DNA from: Longimicrobiales bacterium
GTDB taxonomy: Bacteria; Gemmatimonadota; Gemmatimonadetes; Longimicrobiales; Gaopeijiaceae
Direction of reading: 5' to 3'
Length of the DNA: 64,000 bases
Assembly (NCBI GenBank): GCA_965219445.1
Contig: CBDCNQ010000002.1
Span: 608,001-672,000 of the forward strand
This document shows, piece after piece, positions 1 to 9,241 of the stretch. The notes beneath the pieces are model-generated. The model was given only the letters and a program-made list of their open reading frames with translations. It had not been told where the DNA came from and searched no databases. Numbering within the stretch: the stretch's first letter is position 1; each line of letters opens with the position of its first letter. The position numbers and the translations under genes were made by a program.

Positions 1-19
1 GAGCTGCGCAACACCACGT

Positions 20-1381
20 TCAATGGTTTACACCGCCGGTCTTCTGTATCCTGAAAGCGTGGGATGATACATGGCCCACGAATAGCCCGCTCTTGTTCTC
101 GCCACGGGCGACCTGAACGGCTCGTTCAACGTCCGCTTTCCGGGTGTTCGCCCCACGGTAGATTTCCTTTATTGCCTCCGGCGGAGGGTCTATTACTTTG
201 ACGGGCCAGCCGTTACAGTCCTCCTTTCCGGTGTCGCGCGCCTGCTCCAGATCAACCAATAGCCGGACTTCCTTCTCGTACCCCCACGATATCCCTTTCA
301 CCAGCAACAGCCTGGACAGTGACTTCCAAGTCGCTCCAAACTCCGCGATATTTGTACTCGTAAGAATCGGGAATCCTTCTGCATTCCGTCCTATCCTCAA
401 ATCACGTTCCATGCTCTCTCGGTCGACAAAATCTAGCCGGATAGATTCGCCTACCGATGGCTGGTATATGGGGGCTATTTCCGAGTAAATGACCGGCCTT
501 AATTCAAAGCCTAGAGCGCTCAATGCCTCCGTATCGTAGCCCACGACTATACCAGTATTCTGGGCATAATGCGCCCACATCGTGGGAACGAGTATGTCTG
601 TGCTAAACGAGACCACTCCCACCAGCGTATTCAAGTATTCTTGGATGAATGTGGACAGCCGCAGGTCGCCGTAGCGGAGCGACCGTGTCAATAGTTCTTC
701 CCATGGCATCGCAATACCCAAGTGCCCTTCCAGTTTCGATTGCACCATAGCCAGAAAAGCGAGCGTATCCTCCTGCCTGTGGCTCTTCATCGTTATGACA
801 TTGCATTCCATATCGTCGTTCAGGGCCAACAATTGAGTCGCCCGCAGATTGCGCGGTGGTCCCTCGCCGATGAGTTTTTTGGGGATGTACTTGTATAGGA
901 TGTCGGGGATGTCCGAATCACCCCACACGGACCTCTGCGCGCACTCCTCCGATTGAAGGATTTGAAGCCAGTGCGCTGCGATGTCGCCCATGTTCGACAT
1001 CGCAACCGCGCGGTTTGCCTCATTCAAAGTCGCCATTTGTGCGTAAGCCGCGGTAAGGCGCGCCATCGTTTTCCGTATGGCCTGGTCGTCGTATAGGTGA
1101 TGACTCTCGTGGATCGAGCAATACAACCCCCGGGCAACCAATCGGTTGACTCCTTCGATCGCAACAGCCGGTGGACCAGTTATACCCCTCTGCTCTCCGC
1201 TTCGCTCTTCTGGATTCGCCTCGAAAATGACCTCACCCCGGGGCGGTGATCGCCGCTCTCTTTCGAGCCTCTCCTTTCTTCGGGACTCGTCGAGGCCAGT
1301 AAGCCTCTCCTCCATCCCTCGATTGGATATACTCGCGATGCCTGACGTTCTCAGACTTGCTGGTGCGCTTATCCGTGTCAT
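20..1381 (-). CDS. DUF2971 domain-containing protein
   Basis: C-terminal half has LYKY...VVSFS...TMWAHYAQNTGIVVGYD...V.YS...KG..WGYEKEVR, typical of DUF2971. The true start is uncertain (possibly MEERL at about 1315). Confidence 0.65.
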   Translation of the reverse strand: MTRISAPASLRTSGIASISNRGMEERLTGLDESRRKERLERERRSPPRGEVIFEANPEERSGEQRGITGPPAVAIEGVNRLVARGLYCSIHESHHLYDDQAIRKTMARLTAAYAQMATLNEANRAVAMSNMGDIAAHWLQILQSEECAQRSVWGDSDIPDILYKYIPKKLIGEGPPRNLRATQLLALNDDMECNVITMKSHRQEDTLAFLAMVQSKLEGHLGIAMPWEELLTRSLRYGDLRLSTFIQEYLNTLVGVVSFSTDILVPTMWAHYAQNTGIVVGYDTEALSALGFELRPVIYSEIAPIYQPSVGESIRLDFVDRESMERDLRIGRNAEGFPILTSTNIAEFGATWKSLSRLLLVKGISWGYEKEVRLLVDLEQARDTGKEDCNGWPVKVIDPPPEAIKEIYRGANTRKADVERAVQVARGENKSGLFVGHVSSHAFRIQKTGGVNH

Positions 1382-1692
1382 CGTGCAAGCCGAAGTCAGA
1401 ACAATACGCGGCGTCCAGTCTCCCTTTCGCTCCGTGGCAGTCGCAGTTATCCGACAACGTTTCGCACCATGGGTACGGATACCGTTCGATCCTGTATTCC
1501 CCGTCGTCCCACTCTTTCGGGAGTCGATCTACGATCGACTCCCAATTGGCTACGTGGCTTGAACAATCGGAGAGCCGAAAGGGTGTAACCGATGGAGTGG
1601 ACGCCCCCTCCCGACGGCATCGCAATGTGCCAAGATGGTGTTGAGTGATTGCGACCTTGAGAGGTCTGACCATCTGAGGGAGGAGGCATCCA

Positions 1693-2718
1693 ATGGAGGA
1701 GGTTATCATCATCGCGATCGATTTGGCAAAGAACAGCTTCCAGGTACATGGGGCGAGGGGCGACGGGTTGGTGGCATATCGCAAGAAGCTGAGCCGGGGG
1801 AAGTTGCTGAGTTTTCTTGCCTCGCAGCCGCGCTGTGTGGTGGCGATGGAAGCGTGCGCCGGCGCCCACTACTGGGCCCGGGAGATCATGATGCTCGGTC
1901 ACGAGACGAGGCTGGTGCCACCGATCTACGTGAAGCCGTTCGTCAAGAGGCACAAAAACGACGCGGCGGACGCAGAGGCGATCTCGGAAGCGGTGCAGCG
2001 TCCGACCATGCACTTCGTGGCGGTGAAGACAGAAGCGCAGCAGGCGCAGGGGATGCTCTTTCGCACGCGTGACCTTCTGGTGCGCCAGCGCACCCAAACG
2101 ATAAACGCGCTTCGGGGCCACCTGGCGGAGTTCGGTGTCGTGGCTCCACAGGGCACTGCCGCGGTGAGGCGGCTGGCCGGTGTGCTCGAGGACGGGGACT
2201 CTGCGCTGCCGGGGGCGGTCCTTGAGCTGGGCAGGCTACTGCTCGAGCGGATCGATGAGCTCGATGAGAAGATCTACGGACTGGACAAGAAGCTCCGGGC
2301 GAGCGCACGGGAGGATGAAGAGACGGCGCGGCTGATGACGATCCCGGGAATCGGACCGATCACCGCGCTGGCCATCCAGGCCTTCGCGCCACCGATGGAG
2401 AGCTTCCGGCGTGGGCGCGACTTCTCGGCTTGGCTTGGCCTCGTGCCGCGGCAGCACACGACCGGGGGCAAGCCGAGGCTTGGCAGAATATCGAAGATGG
2501 GTCAGCGCGATCTCAGGCGGCTCCTGATCACGGGCGCCATGACGATTGTCCACCACGCGATCCGACGCGGCGAGACGACGGATCCGTGGCTAGCCAGGAT
2601 GTTGGCACGCAAGCCCAGGATGCTGGTCGCGGTAGCGCTGGCGAACAGGATGGCGCGCATTGTCTGGGCGCTTACGACGAAGAAGGAGATCTATCGGGCT
2701 CACGCTGCCGCCGCCTGA
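1693..2718 (+). CDS. IS110/IS1111 family DEDD transposase (recombinase)
   Basis: AIDLAKNSFQVHG, MEAC, KNDAADA, TIPGIGP, WLGLVPRQHTTGGK, VALANRMARI; RBS GGAGG upstream. Confidence 0.95.
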   Translation: MEEVIIIAIDLAKNSFQVHGARGDGLVAYRKKLSRGKLLSFLASQPRCVVAMEACAGAHYWAREIMMLGHETRLVPPIYVKPFVKRHKNDAADAEAISEAVQRPTMHFVAVKTEAQQAQGMLFRTRDLLVRQRTQTINALRGHLAEFGVVAPQGTAAVRRLAGVLEDGDSALPGAVLELGRLLLERIDELDEKIYGLDKKLRASAREDEETARLMTIPGIGPITALAIQAFAPPMESFRRGRDFSAWLGLVPRQHTTGGKPRLGRISKMGQRDLRRLLITGAMTIVHHAIRRGETTDPWLARMLARKPRMLVAVALANRMARIVWALTTKKEIYRAHAAAA

Positions 2719-2754
2719 CCGGGCGAAAGGAGGGAAGCCGAGAGGACGGTTCGG

Positions 2755-2960
2755 TGCATGTGGTCAGGTGCTGTCGTCTATCCGGCCTGTTGGTGCGGCA
2801 ACTCAGTTGGCCGCTGGCCTGTATGGAGATACGCGGGCCGAGTCCATATCGGTTACGCGAGCTTCGGTGCTCTCCGTTCGGTTGCTGGTTTTCTCGACCC
2901 CGTCTCATTGACCGTTTGCCCTTACCTGTCCTCCGACCTGCTCACATCCCCAACAGCTGT
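2755..2960 (-). ncRNA. Putative bridge/seek RNA of the IS1111 element, antisense to its transposase
   Basis: Minus strand reads GGCAAACGGTCAATGAGACGGGGTCGAGAAAACCAG...GGCCAGCGG...CCGCACCAACAGGCCGGATAGACGACAGCACCTGACC, resembling IS1111 right-end sequences as I recall them. It contains GTAACCGAT, identical to the left junction 1585-1593. Limits are approximate. Confidence 0.65.
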
Positions 2961-3445
2961 CCTAATCTGGACTCCAGGAACGCCGCCGCTTGTCTGGATG
3001 ACCAACATGAAGCTTGCAGCTTGAACCACATACGATCGTTGCTGATGACCGTCTCATACAGATGATGCGGCCGATAGCGGCCGACACGTTTACGGTTCCA
3101 CGATTCCCCGACCAAGCGCCACAAACGTGATCGGTACCATCGTCTTTCAAGCTCCCGAGCGACAGAGGACCGGTAACACCATCCGCCCAATGCGTCGACG
3201 ATCTGACCAATATTCATGTACCAGGCTCCAGGGGTCTTGCGAATGCTCAATTTATGAGGCACGATCGGCAACCGGACGTACGTCCGGCCCGTCACAGTCT
3301 GGCCGAGCCTTTATCGAACGTTTACTACCGCGCTGACCTCGCAAAGCACCATTGCACCCCGATCGACGCAGGTTGTCGGGCGACTCCGCATCTCGCCGAT
3401 GTCGACGCAGATTGGCGAGCTGCCGGGGAGATAGCGAGGAGCGAA

Positions 3446-3556
3446 GCTCGCCGGAGGGCGAGCGCCGACGACGTTGTGTGGTGCGTGTACGTCAGCAGCT
3501 CGGGGCGTCGGAGAGGAGAGCGTGCCGGGTGCTCGGGCAGCCACGCACGACCCAGG
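3446..3556 (+). mobile_element. IS3-family OrfB N-terminal remnant
   Basis: Translates SPEGERRRRCVVRVRQQLGASERRACRVLGQPRTTQ; SERRACRVLG is a hallmark IS3 OrfB start. Confidence 0.75.
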
Positions 3557-3559
3557 AAC

Positions 3560-4095
3560 GGGTCTAGAAAGACCGTGAAGAGGTCGTCTGCCATGGCCCG
3601 GTCGCGGTCGACGCGGCTCGCGCGCATGATGGACGGGTTCTCGTAATGTGCATAGAATCCGAAGTAGAGATAGTCGTCGTCGTAGGCGACGAAGACCTCG
3701 GTGTTCTCGGTCGCGGAAGCCCCGTCCAGTGGCGACTCCTGCACGAAGTCAGCGAGCACCGCGGCCCTCCGCCACGCCTCGTCATCCAGCCGTCCGTCGA
3801 TCACTGGAGGTGTGTCGAGGCGGGTGGGGCGGACCCTCGGACGGCCCGGCACCAGCCCGAGCTGCACGTCGGCAAGCTCGGCGGTGGTTCGCTCGTCCCC
3901 GGAACCGTCGGCTCCTCCAGCAGCCTGGGCGCTCACAGTTCCTGAAAGGGCGAGAAGGGCTACCATCGCTCCGAAGCCACCCGCAAGTCGGCCCAGGCGG
4001 GTGGCTCCTGCGAAATCCCTGCGAGACATGTCTATTCTATGCTTCTCTATGCCTCCGGTCGGGGCTCTCTCGTCTGTGCCGGCACCGCGCGTCAC
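3560..4095 (-). pseudogene. Truncated CBM9/DUF5916-like secreted protein (N-terminus only)
   Basis: Signal peptide followed by PPVIDGRLDDEAW...FVQESPLDG...TEVFVAYDDDYLYFG, homologous to the start of 41561-43795. It breaks off at the IS3 remnant. Confidence 0.75.
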
Positions 4096-4134
4096 TGGGC
4101 TAGTTGGGGAGGGCCGTAGGCATCGAGATGCATC

Positions 4135-4290
4135 CCCTCGGTGATCTTGGTGTCCGGTCCCAACATGCCGAAGGCGATTTCCATGGCGTCGATCATCCCC
4201 GACACGCTACCGCCGTTGTACACGTCGATGATGGGATACATGTTGGTCCGGAACACGTCCCCGGTGTGGAGGACGTCCGAGTCCCTCGGC
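4135..4290 (-). pseudogene. Fragment of MBL-fold metallo-hydrolase (cyclase-like)
   Basis: DVLHTGDVFRTNMYPIIDVYNGGSVSGMIDAM...PDTKI; no N-terminus. Confidence 0.6.
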
Positions 4291-4431
4291 GACTTCCGGC
4301 AACCAGATTGATATGAGAAAGCAAAGTCGACCCCCATTACGGGGGCACCGTGTGATGCGATGCTCCAATAGTGAAACGGGCTCGAAGCCCACGAGAACCG
4401 AAGCTGGCCAGATGAAGACACGAACGATGAT

Positions 4432-4500
4432 CCCAAACTAACGATCGGACTCGACCTCGGCGACCGCTTCAGCACTTTCCATGTTCTCGACGACCAACGG
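4432..4500 (+). mobile_element. IS110-family transposase N-terminal remnant
   Basis: Translates PKLTIGLDLGDRFSTFHVLDDQ, the first RuvC-like strand of IS110 transposases. Confidence 0.6.
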
Positions 4501-4927
4501 TGTGTCGCGACCTGCGTTTCATCTACGGTAGAGATCGCAAAAGCGATCCCGTCAGCAGTAATTAAGGTGACGTGCCCCCCCCTGCGGTACCACTTGAAAC
4601 TCAGTTTGCCGACGCGCTGTCGGTCTGCCGGTGGGGGGACAGCTGGACGGAAACTACCTTCTTCTCGTTGGCTACGAGGGCATACTTGAAGGTCATACCG
4701 TATCCACCTCGGTCCAGTTCGGCTGGGTCGACGACGTCACTGTGAAGCGGACCCAGGACGAAGCCGGCAACGACGTGTTCAAGTTCACCGGACGCTCCTG
4801 GTGGCGGCGGGCGGGGTTGGCGGCCGCAAAGGTAAAAGGGACCGTCGTGCAATAGCCTGTGCTGCACATCCCGATAACTACGCGACGGTGACCGTCGAGC
4901 GGCTTCCCGTAGCTTGACAATGCGTGG

Positions 4928-4961
4928 AGCCCCGAGCGTCCCAGCGGCGTTCGGGGCTTTT
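4928..4961 (+). terminator. Intrinsic terminator-like hairpin
   Basis: AGCCCCGAGCGTC-ccagc-GGCGTTCGGGGCT followed by TTT. Confidence 0.6.
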
Positions 4962-5050
4962 GGTTCTACTCCACCACCACCTGCCTCACAGTCTCACTAC
5001 AAACCGGAATCGGCCACTCCCCCGCCACATCTGTCTCGACCTCGAACTCC

Positions 5051-5257
5051 TCATTCCCACGTCGGATATTTTCGTGGTCCTTCTGCCCTTTCGATCACGA
5101 ACGCGGCGAGTTTAGTCCAACGGACTGGAGACGGCTTCAATTCTTCGAGAATCTCGTCGGCAGTCGTGCCTCTGAATAGCCCCTTGTACCTCTTTCTTTG
5201 CCTGTACGCCGCCACAGCACGACGGACAACGGGTTGCTCATCAGGCGTCAAATCCAT
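5051..5257 (-). CDS. Hypothetical small protein
   Basis: 68-aa ATG ORF with protein-like composition, ending near the hairpin; no family recognised. Confidence 0.35.
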   Translation of the reverse strand: MDLTPDEQPVVRRAVAAYRQRKRYKGLFRGTTADEILEELKPSPVRWTKLAAFVIERAEGPRKYPTWE

Positions 5258-5371
5258 GACCGTAATCTAACGGTACTCCCCGCTGCCGCTGATCAAGCTA
5301 TGGGCGATGATCGAGCGGTGCGATGGTTGGATGGGACAGCTGGAGTCTCGCGGTGCTCGCGCAGATCAAGA

Positions 5372-5725
5372 TCAAGAAAAAATCGCGCTCAGATCTCCAT
5401 CCTGATCCGCGAAATTGACCATGCATCGAATGGGCTTGCTCAACTCCTCCTCCTCGGAGTCGTAATCATCAAAGTCGTACTGCTGGAAAATCTCCTTCAG
5501 CGTTGCAATGGCTTCGTCCTCCAGTTCAACCGGGATGGATTGGTCAGGGGAGCGGCACTGTCCCACACAGCGGATTTCCCCAAAAATCTGGTCACGCCCA
5601 TTCTGGGACAGGGAATACTGGATCAAGGACTGGATGGCTTGGTCGGTTCCTCCAAGGGAATAATCCCTCACGACTTGGTTTAGAAACTGCTGATGTTTGC
5701 CCTTGACCGTGACATTGATTTTCAT
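5372..5725 (-). CDS. Hypothetical protein (two Cys in RCVGQC, acidic)
   Basis: 117-aa ORF with GAGG RBS and plausible codon usage; no family recognised. Confidence 0.55.
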   Translation of the reverse strand: MKINVTVKGKHQQFLNQVVRDYSLGGTDQAIQSLIQYSLSQNGRDQIFGEIRCVGQCRSPDQSIPVELEDEAIATLKEIFQQYDFDDYDSEEEELSKPIRCMVNFADQDGDLSAIFS

Positions 5726-5842
5726 GGGCCAGTCCTCATGAGGATTGAATGAACGGGCAAAAGCCCACTTCGCCGACGATCACCACGCCTTCCACGAAGA
5801 CGCGAAGCCAGGGGATCTGTGACGACGATGAATCGCTCGGTC

Positions 5843-6760
5843 TCACCGCCTTTCGTCCCGCTGCTCAATGAACTCTCGAACCACCGCCGGCCGCCATCGG
5901 ACGGTGCGCTTGCCCACACGCACCCTGTTGATCGGCAGTTGGTAGACATTATTGGTGGGGATTCCCAGCATCTTTCCCACCTCCGCGGCCTTGAGCAGCG
6001 GTTCATCGTCGTAGCTGTCACCCACCAACGGTGTGGGGGCGGGCGGGGCGGTCTCCTCGGCTACCTCGGGCGTCACCGCCTCTTGCTGTAGTTCCGAATC
6101 GGCCAGCGCCCCATTCGCCATTGTTTCTCTGACCCATTGCACCGGCAGCTCGTCGATGAGCTTAGTAGCAGCCTTGTGAAGGGTCTCCTTCGTCTCATCG
6201 AGGTTGGCCTCAACTTGGCCGACGGAGGCTCCGTTTAGCCTAATGTCCCAAAGGAGTTCAGTCGTGCGGGCCAACCAGTCAATCAGCCTTCCCCCGGCTG
6301 GAATACAACGGACTCGGCCCTTATGCTCGAACTCAAACTCGTCCACTCGACGATGGTTTCCCCGGATGGCGACCTTCGACCTAGGCAATGGAGGAAGCAA
6401 GTTAGTCGGGGCTACTCTTGCGATGGCATCGAGGAGCTCCTTGTAGTCAACTGGCTTGCTGAGCGTTACGCTAGCACCCTTGTTCTCTGCCTCAGCGAGC
6501 AGCTCAGGGCCTTTGGAGGAAACGGCAATGACCGGCGCATCCGGAAACAACGTTTTCAGCGCCACGATAAATTCCATACCACCGACGTTAGGCATGACAA
6601 GATCTGTGATGACGACGTCGATGCTACTTTTCATGTAGACCTTGAAAGCTTGTTCGCCATTCGAGGCGAAATAGACCACGTGGCCCATTCCCTCGACCAT
6701 GTTTCCCAAGATCACCCGATCCGTCTGTTCGTCTTCGACGATCAGAACACGTGCCGCCAT
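5843..6760 (-). CDS. Response-regulator receiver fused to C-terminal excisionase/AlpA-like HTH
   Basis: RVLIVEDE...VITDLVMP..GG...KP receiver; C-terminus LLKAAEVGKMLGI...VYQL...RVGKRTVRW...VREFI. Confidence 0.75.
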   Translation of the reverse strand: MAARVLIVEDEQTDRVILGNMVEGMGHVVYFASNGEQAFKVYMKSSIDVVITDLVMPNVGGMEFIVALKTLFPDAPVIAVSSKGPELLAEAENKGASVTLSKPVDYKELLDAIARVAPTNLLPPLPRSKVAIRGNHRRVDEFEFEHKGRVRCIPAGGRLIDWLARTTELLWDIRLNGASVGQVEANLDETKETLHKAATKLIDELPVQWVRETMANGALADSELQQEAVTPEVAEETAPPAPTPLVGDSYDDEPLLKAAEVGKMLGIPTNNVYQLPINRVRVGKRTVRWRPAVVREFIEQRDERR

Positions 6761-6982
6761 ACCACCGCTCCCTGGTCCGGCTCTTTGGTGAGTGCGCCGT
6801 TACCAAACGATGCAGGGAGGCCCTGCTTGGAGCAACCTTTTTTGGGGGTATTGTCGGGCAGCACCTGCGGGAAGGTTAGGCGCAAACGAAGCGAACGTCT
6901 CGCGCCTCCTGAACGAGAAGGCGGCCACCTCCGAACGATGGGCGTGGCCGTCTAAACCACTGTAGTTCAGACGTTTACACAA

Positions 6983-7056
<74 letters not shown>

Positions 7057-7183
7057 CTGGGGCGAGGGCACTTGGACGCTCGATCCAGGTGGAACCTAAC
7101 AGGCCACTTGCTGCGGCCCAATGCTCGTGCGCTGAACGTGTGGGGTCTGGGGAAGGATCCTGTGGTCGGGCGCGCGCGCTGCG

Positions 7184-7538
7184 TCAGAGCGGGTTGACGT
7201 CGCCCCCGCCCCCGCCGCTTCCTTCGGAGCCGGTACCGAGGACGTCGAACCCGAGGATCGTGACGAGCGCTCCGCCGAGCACCACCACTCCAGTCCGCAA
7301 CCAGGAAACGCGCTTTAGCTCCAGCCCAGCGATGTTGGTCTCGGGGACGCGAAGAGTCGACCCCTCTCCGTCGAATCCGACCCCGCTGATCGCATCCAAC
7401 CATGTGGCCGAGAGAATGACATCACCGGCTTCGCGGCGAACCATTTCCCCGTCCACCCTGATGACGTTATTGACGGTGAACTGTGTCAACTCGAAACTGG
7501 ATGGGCGTTCGAGATGTAGGCGGATGGGACTCCCACGG
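7184..7538 (-). pseudogene. 5'-truncated hypothetical membrane protein
   Basis: Protein-like ORF with a C-terminal TM segment and Gly-rich tail; its start is cut by the IS256 left end. Confidence 0.55.
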
Positions 7539-7700
7539 GGAGCTAGGATCAAAGGCATCATAGGGGCATGGCGACCGCTACCGGTACCGATCAGCAGCGA
7601 AGCAGCCCGAAGACGAAGAGGCGTTCTCCTCCGGGAACGGGTGCGCGTTCATCATTGTTCGCGCAAGGAAGCAACCCACCTATCCAAGAGGAGAACGCCC

Positions 7701-8756
7701 ATGGAGAGGTATATCGGACTCGACGCACACGCGTCGAGCTGCACGCTGGGGATTGTAGGCCCCAGCGGCAAGCGCTTGGGCTCGCAGGTGGTGGAGACGA
7801 ACGCGCGGGCGCTGATCGAGGTGCTGCGAGGGATTCCGAGGAACCGGCACTTATGCCTGGAAGAAGGGACGCTGTCGGGGTGGCTGTACGAGGTGCTGAA
7901 GCCGCACGTGGAGGAGCTGACGGTGGCGGGGGTCGGCAAGAGCCGGGGCCCGAAGACCGACAAGCTGGACGCGTTTGCCCTGGCGGAGAAGCTGCGGATC
8001 GGATCACTGGAGACGACGGTCTACAAGAACCGGGGCCAGTTCAGGCGGCTGGGGGAACGGGCGAAGAGCTACGACTTCTTGGTCGGCGACACGGTGCGGG
8101 TGAAGAACCGGCTCAAGAGCGTGCTGCGCTCGAGAGGAGTGGCCTACGGCGCGGGGCGCTCGGTCTACTTAAAGCGCGACCGGGAGGAGTGGTTGGCCAA
8201 GCTGCCGGAAGCGAGCAGGACGACGGCCGGGTTGCTGTACGAGGAGCACGACGCACTCGTGGCATTGAGGGCGAAGGCCGAGAAGGCGTTGCTGGCGGAA
8301 GCACGCAAGCATCGAGAGTGGCATGTGCTGAAGACGTGCCCGGGTCTGGGTCCGATCCGGACGGCGGAGCTCCTGCCGGTGGTGGTGACGCCGTACCGGT
8401 TCCAGAGCCGGAGCAGGTTCTGGGCGTACTGCGGACTGGGCGTCGTGATGCGGAGCTCGTCGGACTGGGTGCGGGGTCCGGGTGGGCGGTGGGTAAGGGA
8501 ACCGGTACAGCAGACGCGGGGGCTGAATCGGAACTTCAACCACACGCTGAAGCGTGTGTTCAAGGGCGCAGCGACGACGGTGATCGGTCGGGCCGAGGAC
8601 GAGCCCTTGTACCGCCACTACGAGCGACTCCTGGAGGGGGGCACGAAGCCGAATCTGGCGAAGCTGACGATCGCGCGTCAGCTCGCCTCGATCGTGCTAG
8701 CGGTGTGGCGCACGGGCGAAGCGTACGACCCCAAGAGACTGGAAGCGACGGAGTAA
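7701..8756 (+). CDS. IS110-family DEDD transposase (recombinase)
   Basis: MERYIGLDAH, CLEEG, KTDKLDA, TCPGLGP, FWAYCGLG; AGAGGAG RBS before ATG 7701. Confidence 0.93.
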   Translation: MERYIGLDAHASSCTLGIVGPSGKRLGSQVVETNARALIEVLRGIPRNRHLCLEEGTLSGWLYEVLKPHVEELTVAGVGKSRGPKTDKLDAFALAEKLRIGSLETTVYKNRGQFRRLGERAKSYDFLVGDTVRVKNRLKSVLRSRGVAYGAGRSVYLKRDREEWLAKLPEASRTTAGLLYEEHDALVALRAKAEKALLAEARKHREWHVLKTCPGLGPIRTAELLPVVVTPYRFQSRSRFWAYCGLGVVMRSSSDWVRGPGGRWVREPVQQTRGLNRNFNHTLKRVFKGAATTVIGRAEDEPLYRHYERLLEGGTKPNLAKLTIARQLASIVLAVWRTGEAYDPKRLEATE

Positions 8757-8833
8757 ACCGGCCTGGGATCGGCGAGCGTGGGGTCGAAAGCGGTCACAAC
8801 ATGGGGTCCGACGAAACGGAAGCGAACCGGTTA

Positions 8834-8960
8834 CAGGGGACAGCATCCATACACACCGTGGGCCGGGGCAGAGAGCCCAAGCCCCCACTCAAAGGCTATG
8901 CACCCCTGGAGAGCCGAACGAAGCGATGGGCCACAGAGTCCCAGATAGAAGGATGGTTCC
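8834..8960 (+). ncRNA. Bridge/seek RNA core (target- and donor-binding loops)
   Basis: Two stem-internal-loop structures containing TACACACC (8850-8857), TCAAAGG (8889-8895) and ATAGAAGG (8945-8952), which match the target and donor junctions. The full transcript may be longer. Confidence 0.8.
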
Positions 8961-9241
8961 CGCTCCAGAGCGGAGAACGCGACGGCTGTGAACGTCTTCC
9001 GGACTGCGATGCGGACCCTGCGAGCGCACCCCTCCCCACCCTGAGTCGTCGACCGGGCAATCCAAACCATGCGGACGCCGACGGTCAAAAAATGAGCCGA
9101 CGGCGCGTGGGGAAGGTGCGTCTTGACCGCCAGCCCCATAGAAGGGTGTGTAAAAAAAGAGGCGACGTACCTTTCCGCTAGGTAGTAAGAAGTTAACCAG
9201 CGAATCCCGGGTGAGCGCCCGGGGGAAAGGAACGATGCCTC

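Larger units (their letters stand above)
1592..2960 (+). mobile_element. IS110-family (IS1111-type) insertion sequence with rearranged right end
   Basis: Left end ATGGAGTGGACGCCCCC (1592-1608), transposase 1693-2718, and an IS1111-like non-coding end in inverted orientation. No matching right sub-terminal IR was found. Confidence 0.75.
7552..9145 (+). mobile_element. Complete IS110-family (IS1111-like layout) element
   Basis: Bounded by AAGG at 7552-7555 and 9142-9145; imperfect sub-terminal IRs (TAGGGGCATGGCG / CGCCAGCCCCATA); transposase followed by a non-coding end of about 390 nt. Confidence 0.9.

Noticed and set aside
1578..1586. AAAGGGTGT beside the first IS1111, shared with the target of the second IS110
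   Set aside because: Only 9 bp, offset from the junction; each element has its own distinct guide, so this is likely chance.
4569..4601. Possible IS3-type end TGACGTGCCCCCCC...GGTACCAC
   Set aside because: No partner repeat or adjoining transposase supports it.
6780..6982. att site or integrase next to tRNA-Arg
   Set aside because: No duplicate of the tRNA 3' end and no tyrosine recombinase were found within the window.
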